DNA of 64,000 nucleotides. It comes from a virus. The notes under the pieces are model-generated. The model searched no databases. It was not told the origin of the DNA and saw nothing but the letters and a program-made list of their open reading frames with translations. This document shows positions 18,812 through 27,819 of the stretch, piece by piece. The position numbers and the translations under genes were made by a program. The stretch is taken from IMG/VR virus record IMGVR_UViG_2802429064_000003; one strand, given 5' to 3'. Position 1 is the stretch's first letter. Each line of letters starts with the position of its first letter.

Positions 18812-19578
18812 GCAGCGCCTCGCTGTTCGGCGATCGCGGCGCCGAGCGTGAGAACGAAGTCACCGCCAGTGACGTACAGCCCGTCAGCTGCGGCCACCGT
18901 GATTGCGCGGCAAGGCTGATTGGGAACCTGCTCGAACGCAACGATCTCGCGGCGTAGTTCGTCGTCGCGCCCCCACAACGGCACGAGGCTGTATCCGGCT
19001 CCGTGCCGAACCCATGTAGGTAGTCCGCCTAGTGAACGGATCAGAGAGCCGGCGGCGGCCAGCGCCATGGAGGGAGCCGACGCTCCGATGCTGGACCGCG
19101 TGCCCAGTACACCGGCGAGCGTTTCGCGCCGCTGTGAGACGTCCGCGGTGAGGTACCGCCAAAGAAGGCCTGCGTCAGTAGCCTCGCCGCTGCGCAGTTC
19201 GGACCCGAAGGTTAGGGGGTCGACCGGGAGACCAGCGGCCTCCGGGAACGCAACGGCTGCCGCAGTCGGGATCGTCCAACGCGGTGCACCTCCCGGCAGC
19301 ACCAGATTGGCGCAGATATCAGCGGTGCGATAGATGCCGATCGCGCCGGTGGCGCCGTCACGAGCCTGCCACAGAGTTTCCGCGGCTACGTCGGTCTTGG
19401 CGCCGTCATCGAAATGCAGACGCGCCATCGAAACGGATCCGATGTCGTTGACGGCAAGAACCGGTATCGGGGTTCCATCGGACCCAAACACCGTGTCGCC
19501 GGGGACGAGATCGTCCAGCCGGCGGAATCCGTCAGGGGTCGGTATCGCCGTGTCGAGCGGCTGTGCGTGAGTGTTCAC
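18808..19578 (-). CDS. Hypothetical protein, weakly Hint/intein-like at its N-terminus
   Basis: AIPTPDGFRRLDDLVPGDTVFGSDGTPIPV resembles Hint block A, but block B is not seen. Low certainty. Confidence 0.4.
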   Translation of the reverse strand: MNTHAQPLDTAIPTPDGFRRLDDLVPGDTVFGSDGTPIPVLAVNDIGSVSMARLHFDDGAKTDVAAETLWQARDGATGAIGIYRTADICANLVLPGGAPRWTIPTAAAVAFPEAAGLPVDPLTFGSELRSGEATDAGLLWRYLTADVSQRRETLAGVLGTRSSIGASAPSMALAAAGSLIRSLGGLPTWVRHGAGYSLVPLWGRDDELRREIVAFEQVPNQPCRAITVAAADGLYVTGGDFVLTLGAAIAEQRGAA

Positions 19579-20372
19579 AGAACCGGGGCAGGCAGGTGAT
19601 CAAGCCAGACCGGTGGCTTGCCGACGGCGACCATTGCGGTTGCGGTGGCCAGACGCACGGCTACCGCGCTGCGAAGCATCGGATTGGCCGTACCGCGCAC
19701 AGTGCTCGTGAATGGGCAAGTCACCATGGCGAGGTGGTACGCCGCCAGTGCTTCGCGCGTGTGCACGGTCAGCACCTTGCTGTGTTGGTATTTCTGCGTG
19801 AGATGGTGCAGCAGTGCGAAATCAGCAGCCTCGATACGCAGGCATGTGAGCATCACTGGACCCCAGTGGGGGCCGTAGATGTCTTTCAGGGATGCAGCAC
19901 TGACTACCAATCGCTTCAGCCGCGAGATGATTTTGGTGTCCGTGCACTCCTGGCTGTGGTTCCACTCTTCGTCGGCATTGGTGCGCGCGAGAATTTCCAG
20001 CAGCGTGGTTCCCAGTGTCAGGTTGCGCGAGGAACCAAGAACCGAGCACCGCAGGCACGCGGCACCCTGCTGCGGGTGTTCGTGTGCTTGCGCGAGCTCA
20101 GTGATGTTGTCGGCCTGGATATTGGCGGCTGTTCGCTTGGCCAACGCGTTCGTGTAATCCACGATCAGCTGCATGTCCATGACAGTCTCGGTGACTTTCT
20201 CAGCAGCAGCGCCCGACTCTTCGGAATCATGCGAGACCAGGGGAGTAACACGTACAGGGATCAGGCCATCGCTGCGGCCAGATACCGGGCGAGGCAACAG
20301 GATCGGCTGCGCACCGGGCGCTTGCGCACCCAGTGCCCGGCTATCGAGGATGTCTGAAGGTACAGCGGTCAC
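19575..20372 (-). CDS. Hypothetical protein
   Basis: Coupled ORF in the leftward operon. Confidence 0.45.
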   Translation of the reverse strand: MTAVPSDILDSRALGAQAPGAQPILLPRPVSGRSDGLIPVRVTPLVSHDSEESGAAAEKVTETVMDMQLIVDYTNALAKRTAANIQADNITELAQAHEHPQQGAACLRCSVLGSSRNLTLGTTLLEILARTNADEEWNHSQECTDTKIISRLKRLVVSAASLKDIYGPHWGPVMLTCLRIEAADFALLHHLTQKYQHSKVLTVHTREALAAYHLAMVTCPFTSTVRGTANPMLRSAVAVRLATATAMVAVGKPPVWLDHLPAPVL

Positions 20373-21523
20373 AAGCTGACCGCCGTCGTCGCCGCCACGG
20401 TGACCACAAGTGCAGGACCTTCGACGGTGAGCTCGACGAACGCCGACAGCACGTTCAGAGCGGGCAGGACATCGCGAGCAAGCGCTACCAAGTCGGTTCC
20501 GGCATCGAACGCGAATTTGTTCCCGGCACTCAGGTCGATCGGCACGCGCAGATTGAGTCCGCCACTGACCACCTGGGACGGGGATGAGTCAACGGGTGCT
20601 GCCGGTGTAAGAGCCGAAGGTGCGGGCTCCTCTGTGGCGCTCGGGGCGGCGACGATCGGCGCCGAGAAAGCAGGTGCGGGAGCCGGTTCCACCGGTGTGG
20701 TGGTGGGCTCAACGATAACCGGCGCCACCGAGGCGGGGGAGGGCGCAGGAACCACCGGAGGCGCAACAGGCTCGGCTACCGGCGCTGCGGCGACTTCGGG
20801 CTCTGCGACAGGGGCCTCGGAGCTAAGTGCCGCAGCTGCTGCGACGATCGCTTCGAGATCCTTGCGGGTGATACGCCCGCGACTGCCGGTTCCTGTCACG
20901 GTCGATAGGTCGATGTTGTGCCGGGCTGCGAATGCCCGCACGCTGTCCGACACCGGCACCGAGACAGCTTGCGCAGCTACCGATTCGACACTCGGTGCTG
21001 CGACAACCGGTGCAACCACTGGTGCCACATCAACGGCGCCAACGACCGTGCCCTGGGCATAGACCGGTTCAGGCGCCGGGGCGGGTTCTGCGGTCTGTGC
21101 CGGTTGAGCAGCCGCAGCTGGTGCAGAGATCGGGGCCACCGGAGGGGTGACAGATGGCGCGACCGGAGGCGGTGTGACCGGAGCGATTCCGGCGATCGGG
21201 GAAGTCGAGGGTGCCGGCTCGACGGCAGCCACGGTCACTGGAGTGACGGCGGGAGCGGCTGGCGCAGGTACGGGGACCGGCTCAGACGAAGTAACCGGGG
21301 CATCTAGAACGGCTGTGGGAGCCGGAACAATCGGCGCCGCGGTGTTCAAGGGTACGACCGGCGCAACGGGTGCAACCGGGCTGACCGTTGGTGTGGCCGG
21401 AGCTGCCGGCGGTGCAACGGGCGCAACGGGAGCGGCCACCGGAGCGACAACAGGCGGTGCGACAGCGGCGGCGGGCGGGTGTGTGATGTCACTGAGTGCG
21501 GGAACGGCTGCTGGTGCAGACAT
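20369..21523 (-). CDS. Pro/Ala-linker protein containing an E2-type peripheral subunit-binding (E3-binding, PSBD) domain
   Basis: VRAFAARHNIDLSTVTGTGSRGRITRKDLEAIV is a near-canonical PSBD, flanked by long PA-rich linkers such as those in 2-oxoacid dehydrogenase E2 proteins. No lipoyl or catalytic domain. Confidence 0.55.
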   Translation of the reverse strand: MSAPAAVPALSDITHPPAAAVAPPVVAPVAAPVAPVAPPAAPATPTVSPVAPVAPVVPLNTAAPIVPAPTAVLDAPVTSSEPVPVPAPAAPAVTPVTVAAVEPAPSTSPIAGIAPVTPPPVAPSVTPPVAPISAPAAAAQPAQTAEPAPAPEPVYAQGTVVGAVDVAPVVAPVVAAPSVESVAAQAVSVPVSDSVRAFAARHNIDLSTVTGTGSRGRITRKDLEAIVAAAAALSSEAPVAEPEVAAAPVAEPVAPPVVPAPSPASVAPVIVEPTTTPVEPAPAPAFSAPIVAAPSATEEPAPSALTPAAPVDSSPSQVVSGGLNLRVPIDLSAGNKFAFDAGTDLVALARDVLPALNVLSAFVELTVEGPALVVTVAATTAVSL

Positions 21524-21560
21524 GGTGGATATCTCCTTGGGTGGTGGGTGAATCAGTTGA

Positions 21561-21604
21561 GTGGAAACGGGCCTCAGGTGTAGTGGAAACGGGCCTCAGG
21601 TGTA
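21561..21604. repeat. Perfect 22-bp tandem direct repeat x2 (GTGGAAACGGGCCTCAGGTGTA)
   Basis: Seen directly in the sequence. Overlaps the 3-prime end of gene 21596-22096. Confidence 0.6.
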
Positions 21605-22096
21605 GCTGAGGTTCAGCGTTGGCGCGGCGACGGAAACCAGCTCGGCGTACACATCGGGGTAGCGCTCCTCGAACAGGTCGTACTTGACCGAGCGCGCCCC
21701 TGCCTTCTGAGTGACCGTGAATCCGTCGTAGACGCCAGGGGTGTTGGCCACGGCGGTGAGCAGCGCGACGCGGACCGCCTTCAAGGCCTTCGCGCACCGG
21801 CTGTTGACGGAGCTCAGGATCTGGCCCTGTCGCGTCGCCGTGGCTGCCCGCATGGACACCTGCAGGACCAGGTGTGCGAGTTCGGCAGCGGGGTCAGCCG
21901 ACGCCTCGATGAACGCCACGATTTCGTCTGTCGACAGAGCCGATGTGGCACCAGTCGGGGCAGGCGCTTGTGGTGCGAGTAGGCCCGCGGGGGCAACCCC
22001 GTGTAAAGGCGGAGCCGTGGGTACTAACGGCGGTGAAGCGGTCATGAGTGCGGTCTCCTCGAAGTGGTCGGTCCGAGTGACGAGGATGTCCGGCAT
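21596..22096 (-). CDS. Hypothetical protein, first gene of the leftward operon
   Basis: The ORF ends at the divergent intergenic region. Confidence 0.45.
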   Translation of the reverse strand: MPDILVTRTDHFEETALMTASPPLVPTAPPLHGVAPAGLLAPQAPAPTGATSALSTDEIVAFIEASADPAAELAHLVLQVSMRAATATRQGQILSSVNSRCAKALKAVRVALLTAVANTPGVYDGFTVTQKAGARSVKYDLFEERYPDVYAELVSVAAPTLNLSYT

Positions 22097-22099
22097 CCG

Positions 22100-23067
22100 G
22101 AGGAGGTGAATCGAATTTGCGAATCATCCACGTTTCCATCACCGGCAATTGCCGTCGTCTCGGTGAGCGTAATGCCGGTTGTGATGCCTACGCAACACCT
22201 GTTCTATTTCTGCGTGTCGTTGTACGCCTGGGGTCTGACAAGTGGGCGCCATCCAGCTCTCAACCTGGGGAAATGTGTGGGGAAGTCGGTGGGGAGTGAA
22301 TGGGCGGCGCGTGGCTAGTTGCCGGTTGTTGCCTGTCACGTCCCCAGGGCATTGCGCGAAAGTAAGTTTCGGCAGATTGGTCGACGGGTTCCCGTCAAAC
22401 TCGCACCAGGCCTCCAACTATGTCTGGCTGCCCGGCATCGACTCACGGCCCGCCCGCCAGCCCCGGCTCTCCGCGGTTGGCGTGAATCTGTTCGTCGTGG
22501 TGTGTAACTTTCCCTGTTGACCTGCGGTTTCTGTCAACAGGGCGTGTACTTGTTGGCCTACCTGCGTGTTTGTGTTGATGCCTTGTAAGTGGGGGGTGCC
22601 TCGGAGACCCCCTCGGCGTGCACATATACACACGCGTTCTGACCGGCTTTGCCTCACGTAACGGGTAAAACAAATAATTAGCTAAACTAATTACATATAT
22701 CTACCTGGGGTTTCTTTATAGACCTACCGTGTGGGCAATTTTATGAAGCCAGAGCCGCGCCGAGGCACCCCCCACCTACAAGGCATCTCCGTAAAACCGC
22801 TGGTAGGCCGAGAAGTGCACGCCTTGTTGACCATTTACGCAGGTCAACGCGGCGAGAAACCGTGCACACCGAACGATTCGCACCACGAAAAAGTGTGCAC
22901 ATCGCAGAGGCGGAAATGTGCAGCAGTGGCGAGCGGCGGCCGGTGTCGGCGAGATCAGCAGTGGCGATATTTCGATGTAGAGATCAGGCGAATGGGCAAT
23001 ATGCCTATTTCGATGCCACCTATCGGCGTGTCGGCAACTAGATGGCAATGATGTCGGCATCGGATGC
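22100..23067. promoter_or_regulatory. Large divergent non-coding control region with several inverted repeats flanking a 100-bp AT-rich core: candidate early promoters, replication origin or site-specific recombination site
   Basis: No convincing ORFs. IR CCCTGTTGAC/GTCAACAGGG (22512-22542) contains TTGACC. A 24-bp IR (22581-22604 versus 22760-22783, one mismatch) brackets the AT-rich core at 22650-22740. Further IRs at TTGACC...GGTCAA and GTGCACAC...GTGTGCAC. Confidence 0.5.
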
Positions 23068-25863
23068 TTGACTGGCCGCGTGTCCGATGAGCCCAACGTG
23101 CCAGTGGTCGATCTGCCGCGTGTCAACGCGGTCGAGTTCCAGTTCTATGACCACACGGTCGGGGCGCATCTAGTTACCGCTGACAAACAGATGGCGAGGT
23201 GGATCGACGAGCTTCGGTCGGCGCCGCCAGCCGCGGTGGCCGTCGATATCGAGACCCATGGTCTTGACGTCAACAAGTTCACCATCACGTGTGTCACCGT
23301 GGCCTTCGAACTCGGTCAAGACATGGTGGCGCTGTTGTTCGATCCTCTGCGCCGTGCTGAACACCGCGGGATGCTGGCGCGGGTCTTCGACCACGCGGAC
23401 CGCCTGGTCTTCCACGGCGCCAGCTTCGACATCGCTCCGCTGTACGCCCACAGGCTCATGACGAAGGCGCATATTCGCAAGCTCGGCGACACGCTGGTCG
23501 CCGCGCGGATGGTGGGGACCAATGCCAAGGCCGGCCGCACACTCGAAGACCTCGCGAACGTGTTCCGCGTGATGGACGACGATCGCACGTCGATGACCGA
23601 AGTGTTCTCCGCTCGAGGACTTAAGAAGGACGACGGTTGGCGGGGAACTGATATCGACACTCCGACCTATGTAGTGGGTGCGTTGTCCGACACCGTCGCG
23701 ACAAAGCGCCTTTGGGGTGTCCCCGGCGTTAACGGACACGGCATCATGGCCAAGGCCGCTCGCTACCTGACGGCCCCGTCAGCGGGTTTCGGCGGCCATG
23801 GTGTTCTCACAGCCACTGACGCTGAAGCACTCGTCGAGGACATCCAGCGCGTCAACGCGATAGTGCTGGAGCGGACGGCACGCGGATACGCGGTCGACAA
23901 AGAGTTCCCCCAGCGTTTCCTTGAAGAGACTGCTGAGCAGACGCGGGCTGCCGCAACGACTCTCGCTGAGGCGGGAATCCGCCCGGGCAATGCCGCTGAC
24001 CTGGTCAACACCCTCGATGCCCGCGGTCTGCTGCACCAGCAATGGCCGCGTACCGACACAGGCCGCCTGAAAGCCGATAAGAAGGCCTTGGAGGTCTTCA
24101 CCGGTGAGCACATCAGTGACGCGCTGAAGAACCCGCTGGTGATGGCGCACCGTGCTGTTTTCGACAACGAGAAGGACCGCGGCTATGTCGAGAAGGTGGT
24201 CGAAAATGCAGGCCCCACAGGGCGCCTACATCCAGAAATCAAGATTTTGGGCGCCAGCGCCACCGGCCGCATGTGCCTGCCCGAGAATCAGCGGCTGCTG
24301 ACCCGCCGGGGCATCGTGTCTGTGAACGAGATCCGGACCGGCGATCGAACCCTGGATGCAGACGGGCGCTGGACGACGGTGCGGGCGGTGCACCGATACA
24401 GCGATGCGCCGCTTCGCCGTTACACACTCGATGATGGAATCGAACTGATTTGTACACCCGAGCACCGCTGGGTTACCGAGAACACGGCCGGTAAGCGCAA
24501 GGTTCAGCCTCTTGACCGTGCGCGGCAATCCGACCACCTACGGCTCACGCCGCCTATTACTCCCGGGGTCTGCGGAGGCGGGAACTCCATGACCGCTCCG
24601 CAGCACGCCGCGTACACCATCGGGCGTGTCACTGTTCAGCTTGCGCGACAACGCACCGGCGAGTTGTCCGATGCTCTGTGCGGTCCAGCCGAGACGCGGC
24701 GCGCGACGGTGACTAGCCTGCGTGAGCGCTGGCAGACCGAAGGTGAAACCTGCTGGGTACCCGAGCATGCGCCACGAGACACCGCGCTGCACTCGGTGTG
24801 CGACAAGTCTCTCGATGAGCTTTGGAACATGCTGGAGGGTGCGAGCCACTACGCCACAAACGTCAGTCACGCTGGTGTCACCGTGCTGCCCACACCCAAT
24901 AGACGCTACGCCGAGGCTTTCGCGCTGGCGGGATATCGTCTCGGTCTGCGATCCCTGATCTTTGACGCGCCTGCAGGGGCCGCCGTCGTGCTACATCGAG
25001 GGCGCTCCAGCCTGGCCAACATGGTTGTGAGTGATGCCGGAGAAGGCGATGTGTGGTGTGTGACAACTGATTCGGGCACATTCACCGCATGGGGCGAACA
25101 TGGCCCGTACCTGACGGGCAACAGTGCGAGCAAGCCGGAAATTCAACAGTTTCCCAAACTGGCACGTGGAGTCATCGTCGCTGATTCGGGTGCCGAGGGC
25201 TGGATTTCGGCGGACTGGAAATCGATCGAACCCGTGGTGCTGGCGACTGCGGCCGGAGACAGGCAGTTCATCTCCGACATGCGCGCCGGCATGGATCCGT
25301 ACGAGCCGGTGGGGCAAGCAGCCGGTATTGACCGCAAGCTTGCCAAGCGAAAGATGCTTGCGGACATGTACGGGCAGGGGCTCAAAGCCGCTTCGCTGCA
25401 ATATGGTTGGTCACTGGATCAAGCTCGGTTCGTTCAGAACACGATCCGCGGATCGCTGCCGATTCTGTACAAGCTGATCGACGCACTCAAGGCGCAGTCG
25501 CAACGATTCGGGCACGTGACCACGCTTACTGGCAGGGTGGTCGATCAGAAGTTCAGCTTCTACGAGGGCGGACGTCTGGTGAGCGATGTGGCACAACGCA
25601 TTGCGCCCAATCACTTCTGCCAAGGCTCGGCGCTGGACATCATGCACTACGCGATTCTCGAATTGGATCGCCGCGGGCTATCTGATCACGTCCACCTATG
25701 GATGCACGACGAGATCGTGGCGGACAAGGAGATCGCCGAGGAGTTGGCGGAAGTCATGGCCACGCCGCCCCCGTTCCTTGAAGCGGTGGCGCAGTACCAC
25801 GGTATCGAGGCGTTCTTGGCCGTTGACGTCAATGAGATGGGCAGCCGATGGGAGTACGTGTGA
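23068..25863 (+). CDS. polA: Family A DNA polymerase (Pol I-like, 3-prime to 5-prime exonuclease plus polymerase domains) interrupted by an intein
   Basis: Exo motifs VDIETHGL and [11 protein letters not shown]. Polymerase motif A region TGRM|C...N|[11 protein letters not shown] is split by a 283-aa insertion. Motif C region LWMHDEIV. Confidence 0.8.
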   Translation: MTGRVSDEPNVPVVDLPRVNAVEFQFYDHTVGAHLVTADKQMARWIDELRSAPPAAVAVDIETHGLDVNKFTITCVTVAFELGQDMVALLFDPLRRAEHRGMLARVFDHADRLVFHGASFDIAPLYAHRLMTKAHIRKLGDTLVAARMVGTNAKAGRTLEDLANVFRVMDDDRTSMTEVFSARGLKKDDGWRGTDIDTPTYVVGALSDTVATKRLWGVPGVNGHGIMAKAARYLTAPSAGFGGHGVLTATDAEALVEDIQRVNAIVLERTARGYAVDKEFPQRFLEETAEQTRAAATTLAEAGIRPGNAADLVNTLDARGLLHQQWPRTDTGRLKADKKALEVFTGEHISDALKNPLVMAHRAVFDNEKDRGYVEKVVENAGPTGRLHPEIKILGASATGRMCLPENQRLLTRRGIVSVNEIRTGDRTLDADGRWTTVRAVHRYSDAPLRRYTLDDGIELICTPEHRWVTENTAGKRKVQPLDRARQSDHLRLTPPITPGVCGGGNSMTAPQHAAYTIGRVTVQLARQRTGELSDALCGPAETRRATVTSLRERWQTEGETCWVPEHAPRDTALHSVCDKSLDELWNMLEGASHYATNVSHAGVTVLPTPNRRYAEAFALAGYRLGLRSLIFDAPAGAAVVLHRGRSSLANMVVSDAGEGDVWCVTTDSGTFTAWGEHGPYLTGNSASKPEIQQFPKLARGVIVADSGAEGWISADWKSIEPVVLATAAGDRQFISDMRAGMDPYEPVGQAAGIDRKLAKRKMLADMYGQGLKAASLQYGWSLDQARFVQNTIRGSLPILYKLIDALKAQSQRFGHVTTLTGRVVDQKFSFYEGGRLVSDVAQRIAPNHFCQGSALDIMHYAILELDRRGLSDHVHLWMHDEIVADKEIAEELAEVMATPPPFLEAVAQYHGIEAFLAVDVNEMGSRWEYV
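24274..25122 (+). other. Intein (283 aa) inserted in polymerase motif A (TGR|intein|S..PxxQxxP)
   Basis: Starts with Cys in a block A-like [20 protein letters not shown]. Block B is ICTPEHRW. Ends ...[24 protein letters not shown] followed by +1 Ser. The penultimate residue is Gly rather than His, so splicing competence is uncertain. Confidence 0.65.
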
Positions 25864-26138
25864 GTAAAGAGAATTCGTACGCGCGGCTGCACGGGGCACT
25901 CGAACGCGGAGGACACCATGGGGCATCCGCGACCATGCCGACGCTGGCGGAGTTGGCCACCAACCACGTCGCGCATGGCGTCTTGGTCGGCACGAACTTC
26001 TTTGGGATCAACACCGCCCCCATTGCGCTCAACGAGTCCGACCACGTGCGTATGTGGGTACGGGCCGCGGCCAGGAACCGAGAGCGCACTGTCAGCGACA
26101 CGACGCATCACGAGCAGTGGATAGAGGAGACGTCATGA
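25857..26138 (+). CDS. Small hypothetical protein
   Basis: ORF overlapping the polymerase stop. Weak evidence. Confidence 0.3.
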   Translation, partial: RVSKENSYARLHGALERGGHHGASATMPTLAELATNHVAHGVLVGTNFFGINTAPIALNESDHVRMWVRAAARNRERTVSDTTHHEQWIEETS

Positions 26139-26234
26139 GTGGCAGCTACGCACTCGTCATCAGCTGGTGTGACAAAGATACGCCTGGACTTCCGCGCTAT
26201 ATCGAACCCGTCCCCTCCAATCAGCAGGGAGGCA

Positions 26235-27029
26235 ATGATGCTCGGATCTGACCCGATCGCAGCGCTACTCGGCGCCGGGCTCGACGCGCGTTCACCGCAG
26301 GTGGTGTGGAAGGGATACCTGCGCAAGCTCGCAGCCGCGGGTTGTGCAGTGACCATGCTCGGCCCGGACGTCGTAGTTCCCGACGGTCTTGATGACGAAA
26401 CTCTCACTGTGCTGGCGGAACTGACTCAGCGTTTCCCTTCGCAGGCTGCGATGCCGGAGGAGTCCACTGGCAAGCTCTCGGGCCAAGGCCAGGTGGATAG
26501 AACCGGCGAGCAGATCAACGCACGTGTGACCACCTACTACCGGCACATCACCAAAATCGTTGGAGCTCAGCGCGCGCCAGCCTTGCTTGATGCTGGAGTG
26601 ATTACGCCAAGCGCCGGGATCTACATACCGTTTTCGCATATGGTCGCCGTCGCCGTTCCCGACGGGACCGCGCTGGCGCATTGGCGTAGGTGGGCGGCCG
26701 AAACAAGCGGTGACCGCTTCGAGCTTCACACCGCACCAACGCTACTGGTGCCCGGGCTGCCCGGTGGTGGTGTGTACCTGTTCACCACACCGGACACCGG
26801 TGCTGATCACCAGCGCCCCGCCGCCATCGGATACGCACCGGTTACCGGACTGAACTTCGCGATCGGGGACAGCATCGTCAGCGCCGGCCAGGTGACGGTC
26901 CCAATTCCGCCCACGCGGATGGGCGGAGCGCCGGTGATGCGCCTGGGCCCATGCCGGAAGCTGCCAGCCTGGCTGGACGCAGCACTTCGGGAACACGGCT
27001 CCCAGAGCGTGCCGCTGTCGGCCGCGTGA
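26235..27029 (+). CDS. Hypothetical protein (start moved to ATGATG, which is preceded by an AGGGAGG RBS)
   Basis: Strong RBS at 26226-26232. The second ATG at 26238 has the better spacing. Confidence 0.5.
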   Translation: MMLGSDPIAALLGAGLDARSPQVVWKGYLRKLAAAGCAVTMLGPDVVVPDGLDDETLTVLAELTQRFPSQAAMPEESTGKLSGQGQVDRTGEQINARVTTYYRHITKIVGAQRAPALLDAGVITPSAGIYIPFSHMVAVAVPDGTALAHWRRWAAETSGDRFELHTAPTLLVPGLPGGGVYLFTTPDTGADHQRPAAIGYAPVTGLNFAIGDSIVSAGQVTVPIPPTRMGGAPVMRLGPCRKLPAWLDAALREHGSQSVPLSAA

Positions 27030-27052
27030 AGTCATTTTGTTTCGTCAAAGCA

Positions 27053-27094
27053 GAAGGCCCCGCCACCATTTCGGTGAGCGGGGCCTTCTTGTTG
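27053..27094. terminator. Bidirectional terminator hairpin between convergent genes (11-bp perfect stem GAAGGCCCCGC/GCGGGGCCTTC)
   Basis: Perfect inverted repeat followed by TTGTTG, located between the convergent stops at 27029 and 27110. Confidence 0.5.
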
Positions 27095-27109
27095 CGCCGG
27101 AAATCCGGC

Positions 27110-27409
27110 TTACTGCCCGGTCATCTTGCCGCCGGCGACGCTGTGGTCGTAACCGATCGTCTCGTTGATGGCGCCCTGTGTCGAGGTCCGGCAATGCTCG
27201 ACGACACTGTGAACGCTGGTGATCGCCGAGTTCTGCTCACGCGAGAAGTCGGTGGCGGTGTCCATGCCAACGCCCTTAACGGAGCCCGCAAGCTGCTGGT
27301 ATGCCTGAAGCTGCCGGCCCGCGGCTTCGTCGAGGATCTTCAGATCCGTGTCGAGCTTGTGGACGTCGCCCTGGGCTCCGGGGATGTCGAGGTGAAGTTG
27401 CTTGGTCAT
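27110..27409 (-). CDS. WXG100/ESAT-6-like small helical protein (degenerate WXG)
   Basis: 99 aa. MTKQL...QGDV...LAGSVKGVG... has a layout resembling EsxA. AAAGGA RBS. Confidence 0.55.
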   Translation of the reverse strand: MTKQLHLDIPGAQGDVHKLDTDLKILDEAAGRQLQAYQQLAGSVKGVGMDTATDFSREQNSAITSVHSVVEHCRTSTQGAINETIGYDHSVAGGKMTGQ

Positions 27410-27447
27410 GGTTTAGGTCCTTTCCTGAGTCGGTTGTCCGAGGCCGA

Positions 27448-27756
27448 TTACGCTCGCTGCACCGCTTGGGCGCCGCTGGCCTGGCGCTCCAGCTGGACCC
27501 GGATCACTTCACGCGTGCCGGCTACAGCGGCGTCCGCCCGGTTAAGGACCTTCAGCAGCTGGGGGCTGGACTCACTCTCAAACTTGCCCTGGAACGCGTC
27601 CATGGTGTCCGAGATGTAGCTGTGGGCCTGCAGATCGCCAATGGTGTTGCCGATCCGTCCCAGTGCCTGGCGCATAGTGTCGGTCTCGTTCTGCAGGTTG
27701 TCGCAGATCTTGAGTGCGTCTTCGGGAGCGATCGCAACGCTGCCGCTTGTACCCAT
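27448..27756 (-). CDS. WXG100/CFP-10-like small helical protein
   Basis: About 100 aa with a pattern resembling EsxB (DAFQGKFES...VIRVQLERQA). Pairs with the previous gene. Confidence 0.5.
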   Translation of the reverse strand: MGTSGSVAIAPEDALKICDNLQNETDTMRQALGRIGNTIGDLQAHSYISDTMDAFQGKFESESSPQLLKVLNRADAAVAGTREVIRVQLERQASGAQAVQRA

Positions 27757-27819
27757 GTTTTCTCCGATGGTCGTAGCCGATGGGTGATTCCAAGGCAGAT
27801 GGTAGCGCAAAAATCCGCG

